A stretch of 64,000 nucleotides of DNA from Squalus acanthias (GCA_030390025.1 CM059432.1:146136001-146200000), one strand, 5' to 3'; positions 1 through 13,322 are shown, counted from the first letter of the stretch. The notes: generated by a model from the sequence alone, not told the origin. A program made the numbers and translations.

Positions 1-540
1 GCCAAACGACTTGAGCAGTCAAATTACGACTCGTTTGCGAATCTGTCTGATTTTTTGGTCACGGCAGAGATGCAGCTTCCAAACAGTGTGAAACATATCA
101 TCAGAGAGCACCTCCAAAGTTTGAAAATAAACCTACGCAAGTACTTCCCTGTGCCCGACACAAAATTCAACTGGATACAAAATCCCTTGGCGAGCCTTGA
201 TGATGACATCCTCGCAAGCCTGACCTCGACAGAGCAAGACAACCTTGTGGAACTGTCCTGTGACAGTGCTTTAAAGCAGGATTTTTCTCGGCAATACCTG
301 ACTGACTTTTGGCTGAAAGTTGATTCGGAATATCCAGCACTGTCCGACAAGGCAGTAAAGTTTGTAATGCCTTTTCCCACAACCTACCTTTGCGAAACTG
401 GATTTTCTGCGCTTGTCGCATTGAAGACCAAATATCGGAATAAACTTCATGTTGAACCAGATCTCCGATTGAGACTGTCATTGCTGGAACCTGACATCCA
501 GCGTTTGACATCTGCGAAACAACATCAGCCTTCTCATTAG
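1..540 (+). CDS. C-terminal part of a hAT/Buster transposase (ZBED5/SCAND3-like, hAT dimerisation domain)
   Basis: Frame 1 is open from base 1. Motifs FWLKV-EYPAL-A-K-MPFPTTYLCETGFSAL-LKTKYRNKL-EPDLRL-LS-P-I-L-KQHQPSH* are typical of Buster transposases. Confidence 0.85.
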   Translation, partial: AKRLEQSNYDSFANLSDFLVTAEMQLPNSVKHIIREHLQSLKINLRKYFPVPDTKFNWIQNPLASLDDDILASLTSTEQDNLVELSCDSALKQDFSRQYLTDFWLKVDSEYPALSDKAVKFVMPFPTTYLCETGFSALVALKTKYRNKLHVEPDLRLRLSLLEPDIQRLTSAKQHQPSH

Positions 541-786
541 GTAAGTGTTATCTCTTCCCCACTGGTAGGCCTACTGCAGGTAAATGTGCTGTGACGAGTG
601 CAATGTATTTGTGAGTGAGCACAATAAATGATTAGAAACAGCTACGTTTTTAATACCTGTTGATATATAAGTTTGACTCCCGTCAGCCATAGGCGATGAT
701 AAAAATGTTTTAAATAGCTAGTGGTCCGCAAAAGCTTTTGATGACGATGTAGTGGTCCGCATAAAGGAAGAGGTTGGGAACCGCTG
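1..786 (+). mobile_element. 3' part of a hAT (Buster/Charlie-type) DNA transposon, truncated by the window edge
   Basis: Transposase C-terminus at 1-540. Terminus AGGTTGGGAACCGCTG (771-786; reverse complement CAGCGGTTCCCAACCT, a Charlie-like TIR) is followed by GTGTAATT, with the central TA typical of Buster 8-bp target sites. Subterminal TAGTGGTCCGCA occurs twice. Confidence 0.85.
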
Positions 787-2455
787 GTGTAATTCATTTA
801 TAAAGTTCTTAAAGTGTGAAGGGAGAGCAGGGAGTGTTGCTGGACGTTCGCAAGGCTTTGGCTCTTAAAGGAAGGCCTCTGAAAACACCACTTGCTCCCA
901 GTCCTGGGGGCTCTAGTTGCAGTCCCCCTTGGGCTGCAGCATGACATGGAGATAGAGCAGAGGCAGCAAAGGGGACAAGCTGCTCACAGAGGGGGGAGGA
1001 GGAGGAAGAGGAGGAAGCAGAAGAGGAGGAAATGGAAGGAAGGTTGCAACCCAGACAGCTCCTTTCTGGCAGGGATGTCCGGGATTAAATCAACCGCCTG
1101 TGGTACCAGTGAACACAACCCCATTCTCGCCTTTCAACATTTGTCCCACAGCTTACCACCTTCCCTCTGTTACTGACCATCACATCGTCCTCTTGGCCAC
1201 AATGTTGAAATAAAAGCCACCACAAAGCAAACTTTCCTATCCAACTTTATCCATATATGCACCAAAAAATCAACTAATTACCCTTGTGCATTCACTTAGT
1301 GGGTGTCTTGTGTGTGCCTTTGCCTATCCTAGTGCTCTTTCACAGTGCTACCCCAGTGGCTGCAGCATGACTGTTGGAAGGCTGCTGACTTTCAGTGGGG
1401 GACACTGCAAATGGCCTTGCAGGACGACCTTGAGGAGCTGGTGAAATCGAGTGATGGTGTTTCTTCTTCTTCACCCTCCTCCTTCATCTTATTGACCCAC
1501 TGGTTAGGCAGGCTGGATTTTTTGGGTGTCTGAAATGAGGAAAACACAAAGGGTAGGGTTCGGTTGGGAAAGCAAGAGCTGCATGCTTACATCTTTTGCA
1601 GCTTGTAAATCAGAAGATATTGTGGGATGAGGAGGAAGTGGGATGTGAGAAAGAGGATAACGCAGGAGGATACCGGCAGCTTGTATTCCCAGCCCTGCCG
1701 CTGGCCAAGGGCTCAGCCATGCCCCTGCCAAGAATGACCAGCACCGTCTCCTCCAAGGGAGCGAGGTGAAGCTAGGAATGTGAGGTGTGCCTCGTGCATG
1801 TAAAAGATTGTTGGTAGGTGAGTGATTGGCGGGGGGTGGGGGGCGGGGGGCGTCGTGCACTGAGCAGTATGTGAAGCTAGTGGTGCAGTTGGTAGGAGAC
1901 GGCTTTTGAAGATGCATTCACTGGCCTGGACCACTCGTCCGAGGTCATGAAACTTCGTTGGGCACTGGAGCCAGGTCCTGGGGGGACGACACTGCTGGCA
2001 GTGACTGCCTCGGTGAACTGGTCCCACATCTTTCTTTCTGTAGGGCCTCCTGGCCCCTGTGGATGGAGGAGCTCTCTTCCGGTGTTGACCCAGTGCACAA
2101 AGCTCGCGTGCTGCATCCGAGACCCTGGCTGTCCTTTCCATGGCCTGTTGAGACTTTTGGGTGAGTGCTGGAGCACTTTTACCATTTTTCATCATCAAAA
2201 GGCAGCTGGCCTTTAAGAGGTGCAGACAGCATTTAAGAGGCGCAGGCTAGCTTTAATTAAAGCTAGCTTCGCTTGAACCTCGGGAACTTTGACCCCCTGC
2301 TGAGAGCACAGCCTGTCAGCAGCACTTTCAGGGCTAGGCTGTGCGCTGCAATCATTATAATTAGCAGGCAGCACGGAGTTGACATGCTGCCTGCGATCCT
2401 TGAATGGGTGAGGGCATATTGCGCCCGTCTTTTTAGCGCTGTGGAATTGAACCCA
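787..2455. mobile_element. Degenerate, internally deleted PIF/Harbinger element (Myb/SANT remnant on minus strand)
   Basis: Myb-like remnant MERTARVSDA...MWDQFTEAVTASSVVP. Highly similar to the copy at 40974-43376 in opposite orientation. Confidence 0.65.
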
Positions 2456-3183
2456 CTAGGAGAAAAGTCAAAAAAACAATTAGGAAGGCAAAAATGGCAC
2501 TATGAAATTAAATTATAAAAGAACATAAAACAAAATAATAAAATATTCTGCAGGCACATTAATAAAAAAAGGAAAGTTTTGACGTGAATGCGGCCACTAA
2601 GGGATGGACAGGATAAAATCACAGGCAGCGATAGCGAAATGGCAGAAATATTAAATAATTACTTTGCTTCAATATTTAACAGGGAGAAAGATCAGGTGGG
2701 CATGACGTCGGAAGATGAGATTAGAAATTATATAACCGCATTTAAAATTTTAAATAAAAATAATAAAAAGAGGAGAAATATTAAATAAACTAATCAAACT
2801 CAAAGAGGGTAAAACCCCTGGATTGCAGCCGTGCATTTTAAGAGAATCCAGATAATAAACAGCAGAGGCACTGTTACACATATTTAATAATTCGTTAGAA
2901 AAAGGTGTAGTGCCAGAGGACTGGCGGATAGCTAACGTTATACCTATATTTAAGAAGGGAGATAGAACATGTCCAGGTAACTATAGACCAGTCAGCTTAA
3001 CATCGGTGGTAGGAAAAACAATGGAATTCCTAGCAAAGGAGAAAATAGAAAAACATCTAAAAATCAAAAATATAATAGCATGGATTTCAAAAGGGAAAGT
3101 TTTGCCTAACCAACCTCACTGAATTCTTTGAAGAGGTAACAGAGAGAGTAAACAAGGGTAATGTAGTAGATGTAATTTATCTA
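2456..3183 (+). mobile_element. CR1-type LINE ORF2 fragment
   Basis: MAEILNNYFASIF, PEDWRIANVIPIFKKGDR-PGNYRPVSLTSVVGK; frameshifted. Confidence 0.85.
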
Positions 3184-5164
3184 GGCTAAAAATTCGGTTG
3201 AGTAGCGCCCGTAGTTTGGACACTACGGGTGTCGAATTGGCTCAAAAATGGCGCTCAAGCAACCCGCGCAAACTTCTGCTGCGGGCCCCTCATTTAGATG
3301 AGGGCATTACCTTCCATGCTGGGAGCGTGCGCCGTCAGTATCCAGAGTAGGCAAATTGTGACGGCAATCAGCCATTTTCGACCTCAACGCTGGAGCTAAT
3401 GCCCTCTTTTAACCTCGCACAGCTGAACATGCGTTAAGCAGCAGGAAGGACTCCACACCAGCGCTATTTAAAGGATCATCACCTACTTACAGGTTAATTG
3501 TTGATTGATTTCTACTAGCTGTTGCTGAGTTTGTAGAAGTGGTTGGTGGTTTCTAGACTTCTTTAAAGGTGCCTAATGTCTAGTGGAGTGGCACGTGCTC
3601 AAGGACTTGGTACTGACTTGCAAGGGGTTGCCTCCCCTTTCTGCCCAGGCTGTCCGTGATCGACTCATCCGGCTGCGGTACCAGTGAATGTAACTCGAAT
3701 TCGACATTCAACCTTCCCACCTTACCTTCCCTCTGTTATGACCATCACAGTGTCTTCTTGGCTACAATGCAAAAATAAAAGCTACCACAAAACAAACATT
3801 TCAAACCAATTTTATGAATCAAACCATTACAGTATTTCATTCAAAAGTCAACTAATCACCCTTGTGCATTCCCTTAGTGCCTGTCTTCAGTGTGCTTTTG
3901 CCTGTCCTAGTGCTCCTATGCAGTGCTACCCCAGTGGCTGCACATTGGCTGGTGGAAGAAGTGGGGGAGACTGCAGATGGCTTTGTAGGATGGCCTGAAG
4001 CAGCTCTGGGCCTAGTAGACCCGGCTTTGGACTGCACCACCTCGGGAGTATGGGCGGCAGTAGTCTGGGCTGGCTGGTTGGCAGGCAACAGCAAGGGCAC
4101 TGGCGGAGTGGCAGTGGTGGGAGGACGAATGTTGTCATCCTGAGAGAGGACAGCAGGTCCTCCATGGAGCCACTGCCACTCCCCCGGGGCGGCACCTCAG
4201 CAATCCTAGTAATCTGCTGGAGGAAAGATTTGTTGTACTGCTGTGACACCCTGCAAGCCCCTTTCAACACTGGTAAACCCAGTCATGATGGCAGCAGTTT
4301 GTGCTTGCATGACTTCAGTCTGAGATTCCTTTGCAGCACTCAGACGTTGGGTGGCTTCTGCTTGTGCTGCAATGGAAGCCGAGACATCGGCCATCAGACG
4401 CGGCATGATGGTTGGGTCCACAAGTGCGCTAATGGATCTGCCCACCCCTTCCAGCCATAGTTGAATAACTGTCAGCGTGAGCAAGGTGTGAAATGTGGGT
4501 GTGAGTGTTGCAGCAGTGGTAAGGTTGTGAGGGTAAAGTGAAGCCATGATTGTGAGGTATATGAGTGGGGATAGCTAAAGATTGCTGGTAGGTGAGTGAT
4601 GGGGGTGTGGTGCGTTGAGCAGTGTGCGAAGCTTCACTCACCTTGACTTGCCATGTGAGGTCATTAAACTTTTTTTGGCACTTGATCCACATCCTTGGGA
4701 CCACGCTGGTGGCCATGATGGAGTGTGCTATCTCCTCCCGCAGCCTTCTGCAAATGGCCTTGGATGGCCTCTTGCTAGCCTATGGGTACAGGACAGCCCG
4801 CCTTTGTTGCACGGCCACGAACAAGGCCTTCAGTGCAGCATCTGAGAACCTTCGAGCTTAGCTTGCTCCCTCGGCTGCTGAAACATGTCTTCATCCAGAC
4901 TAAGTAGTGCAACGAGCCTCGGACAAACATTACTGGCCATTAGATTGCACTTGATATTGCTCCCCCACCCACCACACCCCACCCACCCCCCGTTGAGTGC
5001 TAAGCCAATCAGCAGCGTGTTTAGCGCTGAGATCAGCACTCTAATCATTATAATGAGCAGGCAGCACGAATTTTGCGTGCTGCCTGCACCACTTTGAACG
5101 GGCGCAGGCAAATAGCGCTGGCTCATGACACTGCCCGTTTTCGGGCCTAGTCCAACTTCTAGGC
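3184..5164. mobile_element. Degenerate PIF/Harbinger derivative with Myb/SANT gene remnant (minus strand)
   Basis: TIR-like start AGGCTAAAAATTCGG. Remnant peptide RMWIKCQKKFNDL. Internal similarity to 11140-11800. Confidence 0.6.
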
Positions 5165-5436
5165 CTCAATGCCTTTTTGAGGCGCTGCTCTGGACACCTG
5201 CCGAGGAACTTTTACCAAAATTGGACCTTTAGGCACCTGTGTTATGCCTGTAAAATGGGTGCAGCGCAATCCAATTTCTAGGTCACTATGTTTTACAAAT
5301 GTAGGTAGTTCACTAGTAGTGTGGTAACCACTGTTAGTCAGAAATTATACTCAAAGCCATTTGCTCAGATGTCCAAATTACAGTCGAAGTCCAGGTAGCT
5401 CAATTCTATTTGTTCTCATATTACTTACTTGCTGGT

Positions 5437-5790
5437 AAGAACATAAGAATTAGGAACAGGTGTAGGTCATACGGCCCTTCGAGCCTCCTCCGCCATTCAA
5501 TAAGATCATGGCTGATCTTCGACTTCAATTCCACTTTCCCGCCCGATCCCCATATCCCTTGATTCCCCTCGAGTCCACAAATCTATCTATCTCAGCCCTG
5601 AATATACTCAACGATTCTAAAGATTCATAACCATCTGAGTGAAGAAATTCCTCCTCATCTCAGTCTTAAATGGCCGACCCCATATCCTGAGACTATGCCC
5701 CCTGGTTCTAGACTCTCCAGCCAGGGGGAAACAACCTCTCGGCAGCTACCCTGTCAATCCCCCTCAGAATCTTATATGTTTTCTTATGTT
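5437..5790 (-). mobile_element. CR1-type LINE 3' end fragment
   Basis: Same 3' UTR and tail (AAGAACATAAGAA...GGCCCTTCGAGCC) as 38458-39428. Confidence 0.8.
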
Positions 5791-5877
5791 TGAATTTCAT
5801 GGTACCTGAAGATCTAGAATGGGCTGTTCTTGGCACTGTTGCCTAGTTGGCAGATAAATCCTAAATTAGAACACCTA

Positions 5878-6770
5878 GGGGTAAAAATTCACTTGGTTGC
5901 GCCTCCCGTTAGCGCCTTAAGAGGGCGCTAATGGGGCGCAAAGCCGCTAACGCCCGGGCGCAGCGATGTTTGCACCGCTCGAGAACTTAACTTGAGATTG
6001 TGCGGCGGCGCTAAAACTTACCGCTGCGACCACCTGCGCGCGCAGATTGTGACGTCATTCCATGGTGCAACGCCCTTGTGGCGCCCCGTAGCGGAAATTG
6101 AGTGGCGCCCCCTGCCTTACCGCCTGGCGCTTCCAACGACCAGAAGACTGGAACGCTATCAATCGCTGTGGGGCTGGGGGGGGCGCTATTTAAAGGGGGC
6201 CTCTTCCTGTCTTTTATTGCTGGTGGCATTTTTGAACTACGCATTCTGAGAGAGAGAGGGAGAGACTTCTGGAGAGATTCAACGTTGTGTGAAGGAGTTT
6301 TGGGTGCTGAGCAGCACTTTGCAGGTTCATTTTGATTTGCCATTCCTTGTATCGATTTAGCAGAGACTGTGGGAGCTGCACTCTGAGCTCTTTGCCTGGT
6401 ACGCTCCATTGTTCTTTCCAGCACATTTGATGTGCAAGTCTCTCCAGGCCGAGATTCAAGGCAGCAATGAACAGGATGTGGATGGAAAGCAAGATTAACC
6501 ATCCCCTTTAAGAACTGGCCCGTGCCATTGTGTGTGTGTTCCATTGCTGACTGACATTACATGAGCTTCGCCAGCGCTCCGAGTTAGCGCCTCACTGCTC
6601 GGCCTTTGCGCCTTAAGAGAGGTGTGCAGCGCCTGCTTTAGCGCTCCACTCACCTCCCGGGGCGGTAAAAGTGAAGTTTCCTGTCAGTGCCGATAATTAG
6701 CGCCAGGCGCTAATATTTGCGTCCGGACGATATTTGCGCCCCAAATGGGGCGCGACCTAATTTCTACCCC
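5878..6770. mobile_element. Non-autonomous Harbinger/Tourist-like MITE, copy 1 (893 bp)
   Basis: TIRs GGGGTAAAAATT / AATTTCTACCCC; 3-bp TSD CTA (5875-77, 6771-73). Similar along its length to 18512-19391 and 25177-26071. Confidence 0.85.
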
Positions 6771-7464
6771 CTAGACTTAGTTAGTATCCACAGCTTAAGA
6801 TATTTACAAATTAATGGGAATAATGATTTAAAAGATATGTGGCCTGTGAGTCTCTATGATGTGCATTAGTGGGACACAAAGACAAAAAGCTTGGCTACTC
6901 CTGGATTAGTAACTTCAGTCTTTCTGGTCTTGTACAAGTAGGACAAGCCAATATATAGTAGGCACATGATGCACATGGAACCAGCTTCTTTAATGGACTT
7001 GGTTTAATGCTGAATAATTTAACTCACCAGTGGTGTCCTGTTTTATTTTGCTCCCAGTAGCCAAAACTGTATACAACCTAACTGATTTTTCAAAAGGAAT
7101 TGTTTACCACTGATTGTTTCAGGGAGGTGATGGTGTGAACAGGGAGTAGGAGGTTTTAGTTGCAGTAACCAGACAGAAACTGCGGAATGGTTCTGGAACC
7201 ATGGAGTCATGTATGACTCCATAATAAACTTTGATTATTAATCAAACCTATGAATGATATAAACACAATAAAGGTAGGTGGAAGCATTGCAGGGTATTAT
7301 TAAGCATTGCAGGGTATAACATTTAGAAAAGATACAGAGGGAAAAAGGGGAGGTGGAGTAGCGGTACTTATTAGGGATAACATAATGGCAGTAGAAGAAA
7401 GTGACGCAGCTATCAGCAAGACAAAAATAGAATTCATGTAGAGATAAAAGATAAAAAAGATAAA

Positions 7465-7955
7465 AGAAGTCTCATGGCATCAGGTCAAACATGGGCAAGG
7501 AAACCACCTGCTGATTACCACCTACCGCCCTCCCTTAGCCGATGAATCAGTACTCCTCCATGTTGAACACCACTTGGAAGAAGCAGTGAGGGTAGCAAGG
7601 GCACAGAATGTACTCTGGGTGGGGGACTTCAATGTCAATCACCAAGAGTGGCTTGGTAGCACCATTACTGACCAAGCTGGCCGAGTCCTGAAGGACATAG
7701 CTGCCAGACTAGGACTGCGGCTGGTGGTGAGAGAACCAATACGAGGGAAAAACCTACTTGACCTGGTCCTCACCAATCTACCTGTCGCAGATGCATCTGC
7801 CCATGACAGTATTGGTAGCAGCAACCACCGCACAGTCCTTGTGGAGACGAAGTCCCGTCTTCACTCTGAGGACACCCTCCATCGTGTCGTGTGGCACTAC
7901 CATTGTGCTAAATGGGATAGATTCAGAACAGACCTAGCAACTCAAAATGGGCATC
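7465..7955 (+). mobile_element. LINE ORF2 AP-endonuclease fragment
   Basis: VLWVGDFNVNHQEWLGS, VREPIRGKNLLDLVLTN, S(N)HRTVLV endonuclease motifs. Confidence 0.8.
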
Positions 7956-10900
7956 CATTTCTCTCTATCTACCCGATCTATTCCTTTTCATATCTTGAAA
8001 ACTTTGATCAAATCACCCCTTAACCTTCTAAATTCTAGGGAATACAACCCTAATTTGTGTAATCTGTCCTTGTAATTTAACCCTTGGGGGGAAAAATTCA
8101 GCTGCTTGCGCCTCCCGTTAGCGCCTTAAGAGGGCGCTAATGGGGCGTAAAGCAGCTAACGCCCGGGCGCAGCGCCGCCCACGCCTCCCGAAAAATTTAG
8201 TGGGAGGTTAGCGGCGGCGGCAGCCGGTAGCGCCCTGTGGCGCTGCGCCGCCGGCGATGACGTCATCGCCGTGCGCAGTGCCCCGCTCGCGCCCCGGCCG
8301 TGATCTTCAGTCGCGCCCCCTGATTTACCGCCAGACGCTATGTCCGACGGGTTCAGGGGGGCGTACGTGCGGCCGGGGCGGCGATATTTAAAGGGGAGGT
8401 GGCAGGCGGCCATTTTTGTTGCTGGCCGCCTGCCAGCACCTGCCCCCGTTGCTGTCCCCGGCCCCCGTGAAGCCCCCCCACCGTGAAGTGCCGGCTGCGC
8501 TCCAAGAGCCCGGCACTTCTCTTGAGTGCCGGGCTCTTTTGCCGGCACTCCCGATCCCTGGGGGCCCAGCTGGGCCCCGGTTCGCGCTGCACAAGGCCCC
8601 TCCCCTTTAAGAAGGGGAGGAAGGCCTGCAATACCGCGGCGCGACGTGCCGCAGCGCGTGGCGCTGCGGCACGTAGCGCCAGGATATTCACTCGCAGCGC
8701 CCCAAGAGGGATGCGGGGTGCTTCCAGTTGCGCCCCGCTTCCCTCTTGGGGCGCAACCACTGAAGTTCCGGCGCGGGGCCGCTAATTTTTTCGGGGCGCT
8801 AAAAGTCGCGCCCCGGCGAGGTTAGCGCCCCAAATGGGGCGCGACTCAATTTTTACCCCTTGGAGTCCGGGTATCATTCTGGTAAACCTACGCTGCACTC
8901 ACTCCAAGGCCAATATATCCTTCCTAAGGTGTGGTGCCCAGAACTGCTCACAGTACTCCAGGTGTGGTCTAACCAGGGCTTTGTAAAGCTGCAGCATAAC
9001 GTCTACCCCCCTTGTATTCTAGTCCTCTAGATGTAAAAGCTAGCATTCCATTAGCCTTTTTGATTATTTTCTGTACCTGTTCATGACATTTTAATGATCT
9101 ATGTACCTTGACCCCCAAGTCTCTTTGGACCTCCACTGTTTTTAGCTTTGCACCATTTAGAAAGTACCCTGTTCTATCCTTTTTAGGTTCAAAGTGGATG
9201 ACCTCACATTTGCGTACATTGAAATCCATTTGCCACAGTTTTGCCCATTCACTTAATCTATCAATATCTCTTTGTAACTTTATGCTTTCAGCTACACTGC
9301 CTACAATGCCGCCTATCTTTGTGTGATTGGCAAATTTGGATATGTGGCTTTCTACGCCATCATCTAAGTCATTAATAAATACTGTGAATAGTTGTGGCCC
9401 CAACACCACTGTGGGACACCACTAGTCACATCCTGCCAATTAGAGTACCTGCCCATCATCCCTACTCTCTGTCTCCTGCCGGTCAGCCAATTTCCGAACC
9501 AGGTCAATAATTTGCCTTCAATTCCATGGGCTTCAACCTTAGTTAACAGTCTCTTATGAGGGACTTTATCAAATGCCTTCTGGAAGTCCATATAAATAAC
9601 ATCCATAGACATTCCCCTGTCCACTACTTTAGTCACCTCTTCAAAATATTCAATCAGGTTTGTCAGGCATGACCTCCCTTTACAAATCATGCTGGCTCTC
9701 TCTGATCAGCTGAAAATTTTCAAGGTGTTCAGTTATTCTATCCTTAATTATAGACTCTAGCAATTTCCCGACAACAGATGTTAAGCTAACTGGTCTATAA
9801 TTCCTTGGTTTCCCTCTCTCGCCATTCTTAAATAGCAGAGTGACATGCACAATTTTCCAATCTAAAGAGATGGTTCCTGAATCGAGAGAACTTTGGAAAG
9901 AGTATAGTTAGGGCATCTGCAATGTGCTCACCTACTTTCCTTAAAACCCTGGGATAGAAACCATCTGGTCCTAGGAATTTATCACTCTTTAGTGCCATTA
10001 TTTTCTTCATTACTGCTATTTTGCTTACGTTAATTTTATTGAGGCTCTGTCCCTGATTCAATATTAGTTTCCTTGGGATTTCCAGCATGCTATCCGCTTC
10101 CTCTACTGTAAATACTGATGCAAAGTAATTATTCAACATATCCGCCATTTCCTTATTATCATTGACAATATCACCATTAGCAGTTTTCAAGGGGCCAACA
10201 TTGCTCCTGACCACCCTCTTTTTCCCAATATAATTGTAAAAATTCTTTGTGTTGATTTTGATATCCCTTGCAAGTTTCTTTTCATACTCCCTTTTTGTAG
10301 ATCTTACTATCTGCTTTGTCACCCTTTGCTGTTCTTTGTATCTTTCCCATTCACTCGGATCTGTGCTATTTGTTGCATTTTTGGATGCTTTTTCTTTTAG
10401 TTTTATGGTGTCTCTTACCTCTTTAGTTGTGCATGGCTGCTTTTTTTTGGAAAGTGGAGCTCTTGCCCCTCAGGGGTATAAACTGGTTCTGTATCACGTT
10501 AAATTCTTTTTTGAACACCTCCCACTGATCTTCTGTCGTTTTACCCATTAACAGATTTGCCCAGTTTACTGTGGACAGCCTCTGTCTCATCCCGTTGAAG
10601 TCGGCCTTACCTAAATCTAGAATCTTAGTAGCTGTTTTGTGTTTCTCCCTTTCAAACGCTACGTTGAACTCGATCGTGTTATGATCGCTGTTAGATAAAT
10701 GTTCACGCACTGTTAGGCTGTTAATTAAATCTGGCTCATTACTCATTAATAATTGCTAGTCTGCTTATCTCAATCAATATGCAAGTTAAAATCCCCCATT
10801 AGAACCAATCTGTCTTTGCTACACGCTGGTCTAATCTCTGCAGTTATACAATCTAGCACTTCACAGCTGCTACCTGGGGGCCTATACACAACTCTCACTA

Positions 10901-11130
10901 CAGTCTTAAATCCTTTCCTATTTCTTAATTCTACCCATAAAGTCTCCACTGCCTGCTTACCTATCGTTATAAATCTCTTATCATTGAAGTGATTTCAACC
11001 TTAATCATTAAGGCAACTCCTCCCCTTCTGCCATTTTCATTATCTTTCCTGTAGACCTTATAACCTGGTATATTTAGTTCCCAGTCCTGACCGTCTTGCA
11101 GCCATGCCTCAGTAATGGCTACCATGTCAT
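7956..11130 (-). mobile_element. Long degenerate CR1-type LINE (endonuclease and RT), interrupted by the MITE at 8087-8859
   Basis: LSNSDHNTIEF, SCLTNLIEYFEEV, YMDFQKAFDKVPHKRL, GVPQ, LGPQLFTVFINDLD, ISKFA(N)HTKIGG in successive broken frames. Confidence 0.9.
8087..8859. mobile_element. Harbinger-type MITE with the same termini as copy 1 but a different, very GC-rich interior (773 bp)
   Basis: TIRs GGGGGAAAAATT / AATTTTTACCCC; TSD TTG (8084-86, 8860-62). Splits a CR1 at AACCCTTG|GAGTCC. Confidence 0.85.
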
Positions 11131-11914
11131 ACCCTCCAAGTGGAGGAGTCTGGCTCCATTATTGGATGGGGCTTTGTGCAGAGCTTGGAGCGCATGATTT
11201 CCAGGATGGTAATGATGGACAATTCCAGGAGAGACCTTGTGGACCCCAGCCATGAAGCTGTGTGTAATGGGCATTGTCGCGGCTTCCATTGCAGCACAGG
11301 CGGAAGTGACCCAATGTCTCACTGCTGCAGTGGAAGCTCAGACTGCTGCCATCGTCACTGGGTTTACGAGTCTCGAAAGGGGCTTGCAGGGTGTCGCAGC
11401 AGGCCAGCAATCTGTCCTCCAACAGATTGCTAGGAATGTGGGGGCGCCTCCCTGAGGGAGTGGCAGTGGGTCTGTGGAGCAAGAACCTGCTGTACATTCT
11501 CAAGATGACAGCATTCCTACTCCCACCACTACCATTCCACCATTGCCCATGCCGCTGCCTATCAGCCAGCCAGCCCAGACTGTTGCTGCCCATGCCGAGG
11601 TGGTGCTGTCTACAGCCAGGCCTTCTTGGATCACAGCTGGTTGAGATCGTCGTGCAAGGCCATCTGTAGTCTCCCCCACTGAAAGTCAGCAATCTTCCAC
11701 CAGCCATGCTGTAGCCACTGGAGGAGCACTGTGCCGGAGCTCTAGAGTAGGTAAAGGTACACGAACGACAGGCACTAACGGAATGCACAAGGGTGATTAG
11801 TTGATATTTTAATTTTGATTGGATTCTGATAAATTTATGATTTTTGTTTGGAATGTGTGTTTTGTGGTGACTCTCATTTTAGCTTTGTGTCCAGGAGGAT
11901 GCTGTGATTTAAAA

Positions 11915-13322
11915 AAAAATTGTTTATGGGATGTGGGCATCGCTGGCAAGGCCAGATTTTATTGCCCATCCCTAATCGCCCCTGAGAAGGTGCTGGTGAG
12001 CCGCCTTCTTCAACCGCTGCAGTCCGTGTGGTGAAGGTGCTCCCACAATGCTGTTAGGGAGGGAGTTCCAGGATTTTGACCCAGCGACAATGAAGGATCG
12101 GCGATATATTTCCAAGTCAGGATGGTGTGTGACTTGGAGGGGAACTTGGAGGTGATGGTGTTCCCATGCGCCTGCTGCCCTTGTCCTTCTAGGTGGAAGA
12201 GGTCGCGGGTTTGGGAGGTGCTGCCGAAGAAGCCTTGGCGAGTTGCTGCAAGGCATCTTGTAGATGGTGCATCTTGTAGATGGTACACACTGCAGCCATG
12301 GTACGCTGGTGGTGGAGGGAGTGAATGCTTAATGTGGTGGATGGGGTGCCAATCAAGCGGGCTGCTTTGTCCTGGATGGTGTCGAGCTTCTTGAGTATTG
12401 TTGGAGCTGCACTCATCCAGACAAGTGGAGAGCATTCCATCACACTCCTTATTTGTGCCTTGTAGATGGTGGAAAGGCTTTGGGGAGTCAGGAGGTGAGA
12501 TACTCACCGCAGAATACCTAGCCTCTGACCTGCTCTTGTTGCCACACTATTTATGTGGCTAATTTAGTTAAGTTTCTGGTCAATGGTGACCCCCAGCATG
12601 TCGATGGTGGGGGATTCGGCGATGGTAATGCCGTTGAATGTCAAGGGGCAGTGGTTAGACTCTCACTTGTTGGAGATAGTCATTGCCTGGCACTTGTGTG
12701 GCGTGAATGTTGCCAGCCACTTATCAGCCCAAGCCTGAATGTCGTTCAGGTCTTGTTGCATGCGGGCATGGACTGCTCCATTATCTGAGGAGTTGTGAAT
12801 GGCACTGTGCAGTCATCAGCGAACATCCCCATTTCTGACCGTATGTTGGAGCGAAGGTCATTGATGAAGCAGCTGAAGATGGTTGGGCCAAGGACACTGT
12901 CCTGAGGAACTCCTGCAGCAATGTCCTAGGGCTGTGATGATTGACCTTCAACCACTACAACCATCTTCCTTTGTGCCGGGTATGACTCCAGCCAGTGGAG
13001 GGTTTTCCCCCTGATTCCCATTGGCTTCAGTTTTACTAGGGCTCCTTGATGCCACACTCGGTCAAATGATGCCTTGATGTCAAAGTCACTCTCACCTCAC
13101 CTCTGGAATTCAGTTCCTTTGTCCATGTTTGGACCAAGGCTGTAATGAGGTCGGGAGCTGAGTGGTCTTAGCGGAACCCAAACTGAGCATCAGTGAGCAG
13201 GTTATTGGTGACTAAGTGCCTCTTGATAGCACAGTTGATGACACCTTCCATCACTTTGCTGATGATTGAGAGTAGACTGATGGGGCGGTAATTGGCTGGA
13301 TTGGATTTGCCCTGCTTTTTGT
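11915..13322 (-). mobile_element. CR1-superfamily LINE, 3' half (RT and tail); tail shared with the tRNA-SINEs at 26160 and 34678
   Basis: NPANYRPISLLSIISKVMEG...LLTDAQFGFR; LKKLDTIQDKAARLIG. Same family as 35920-37120. Confidence 0.85.

Noticed and set aside
6011..6544. Shared ORF MEHTHNGTGQFLKG... in three MITE copies (also 18805-19167 and 25513-25845) as a novel cargo gene
   Set aside because: No recognisable domain, many amino-acid differences between close copies, and C-termini scrambled by a (GA)n tract. Openness is explained by recent common origin. A dN/dS test over many copies could reopen this.
7028..7077. Candidate minus-strand 50-nt exon (ag...gtgagt) as RGS22 exon 4
   Set aside because: No frame resembles the expected RGS22 continuation, and the polypyrimidine tract is poor.
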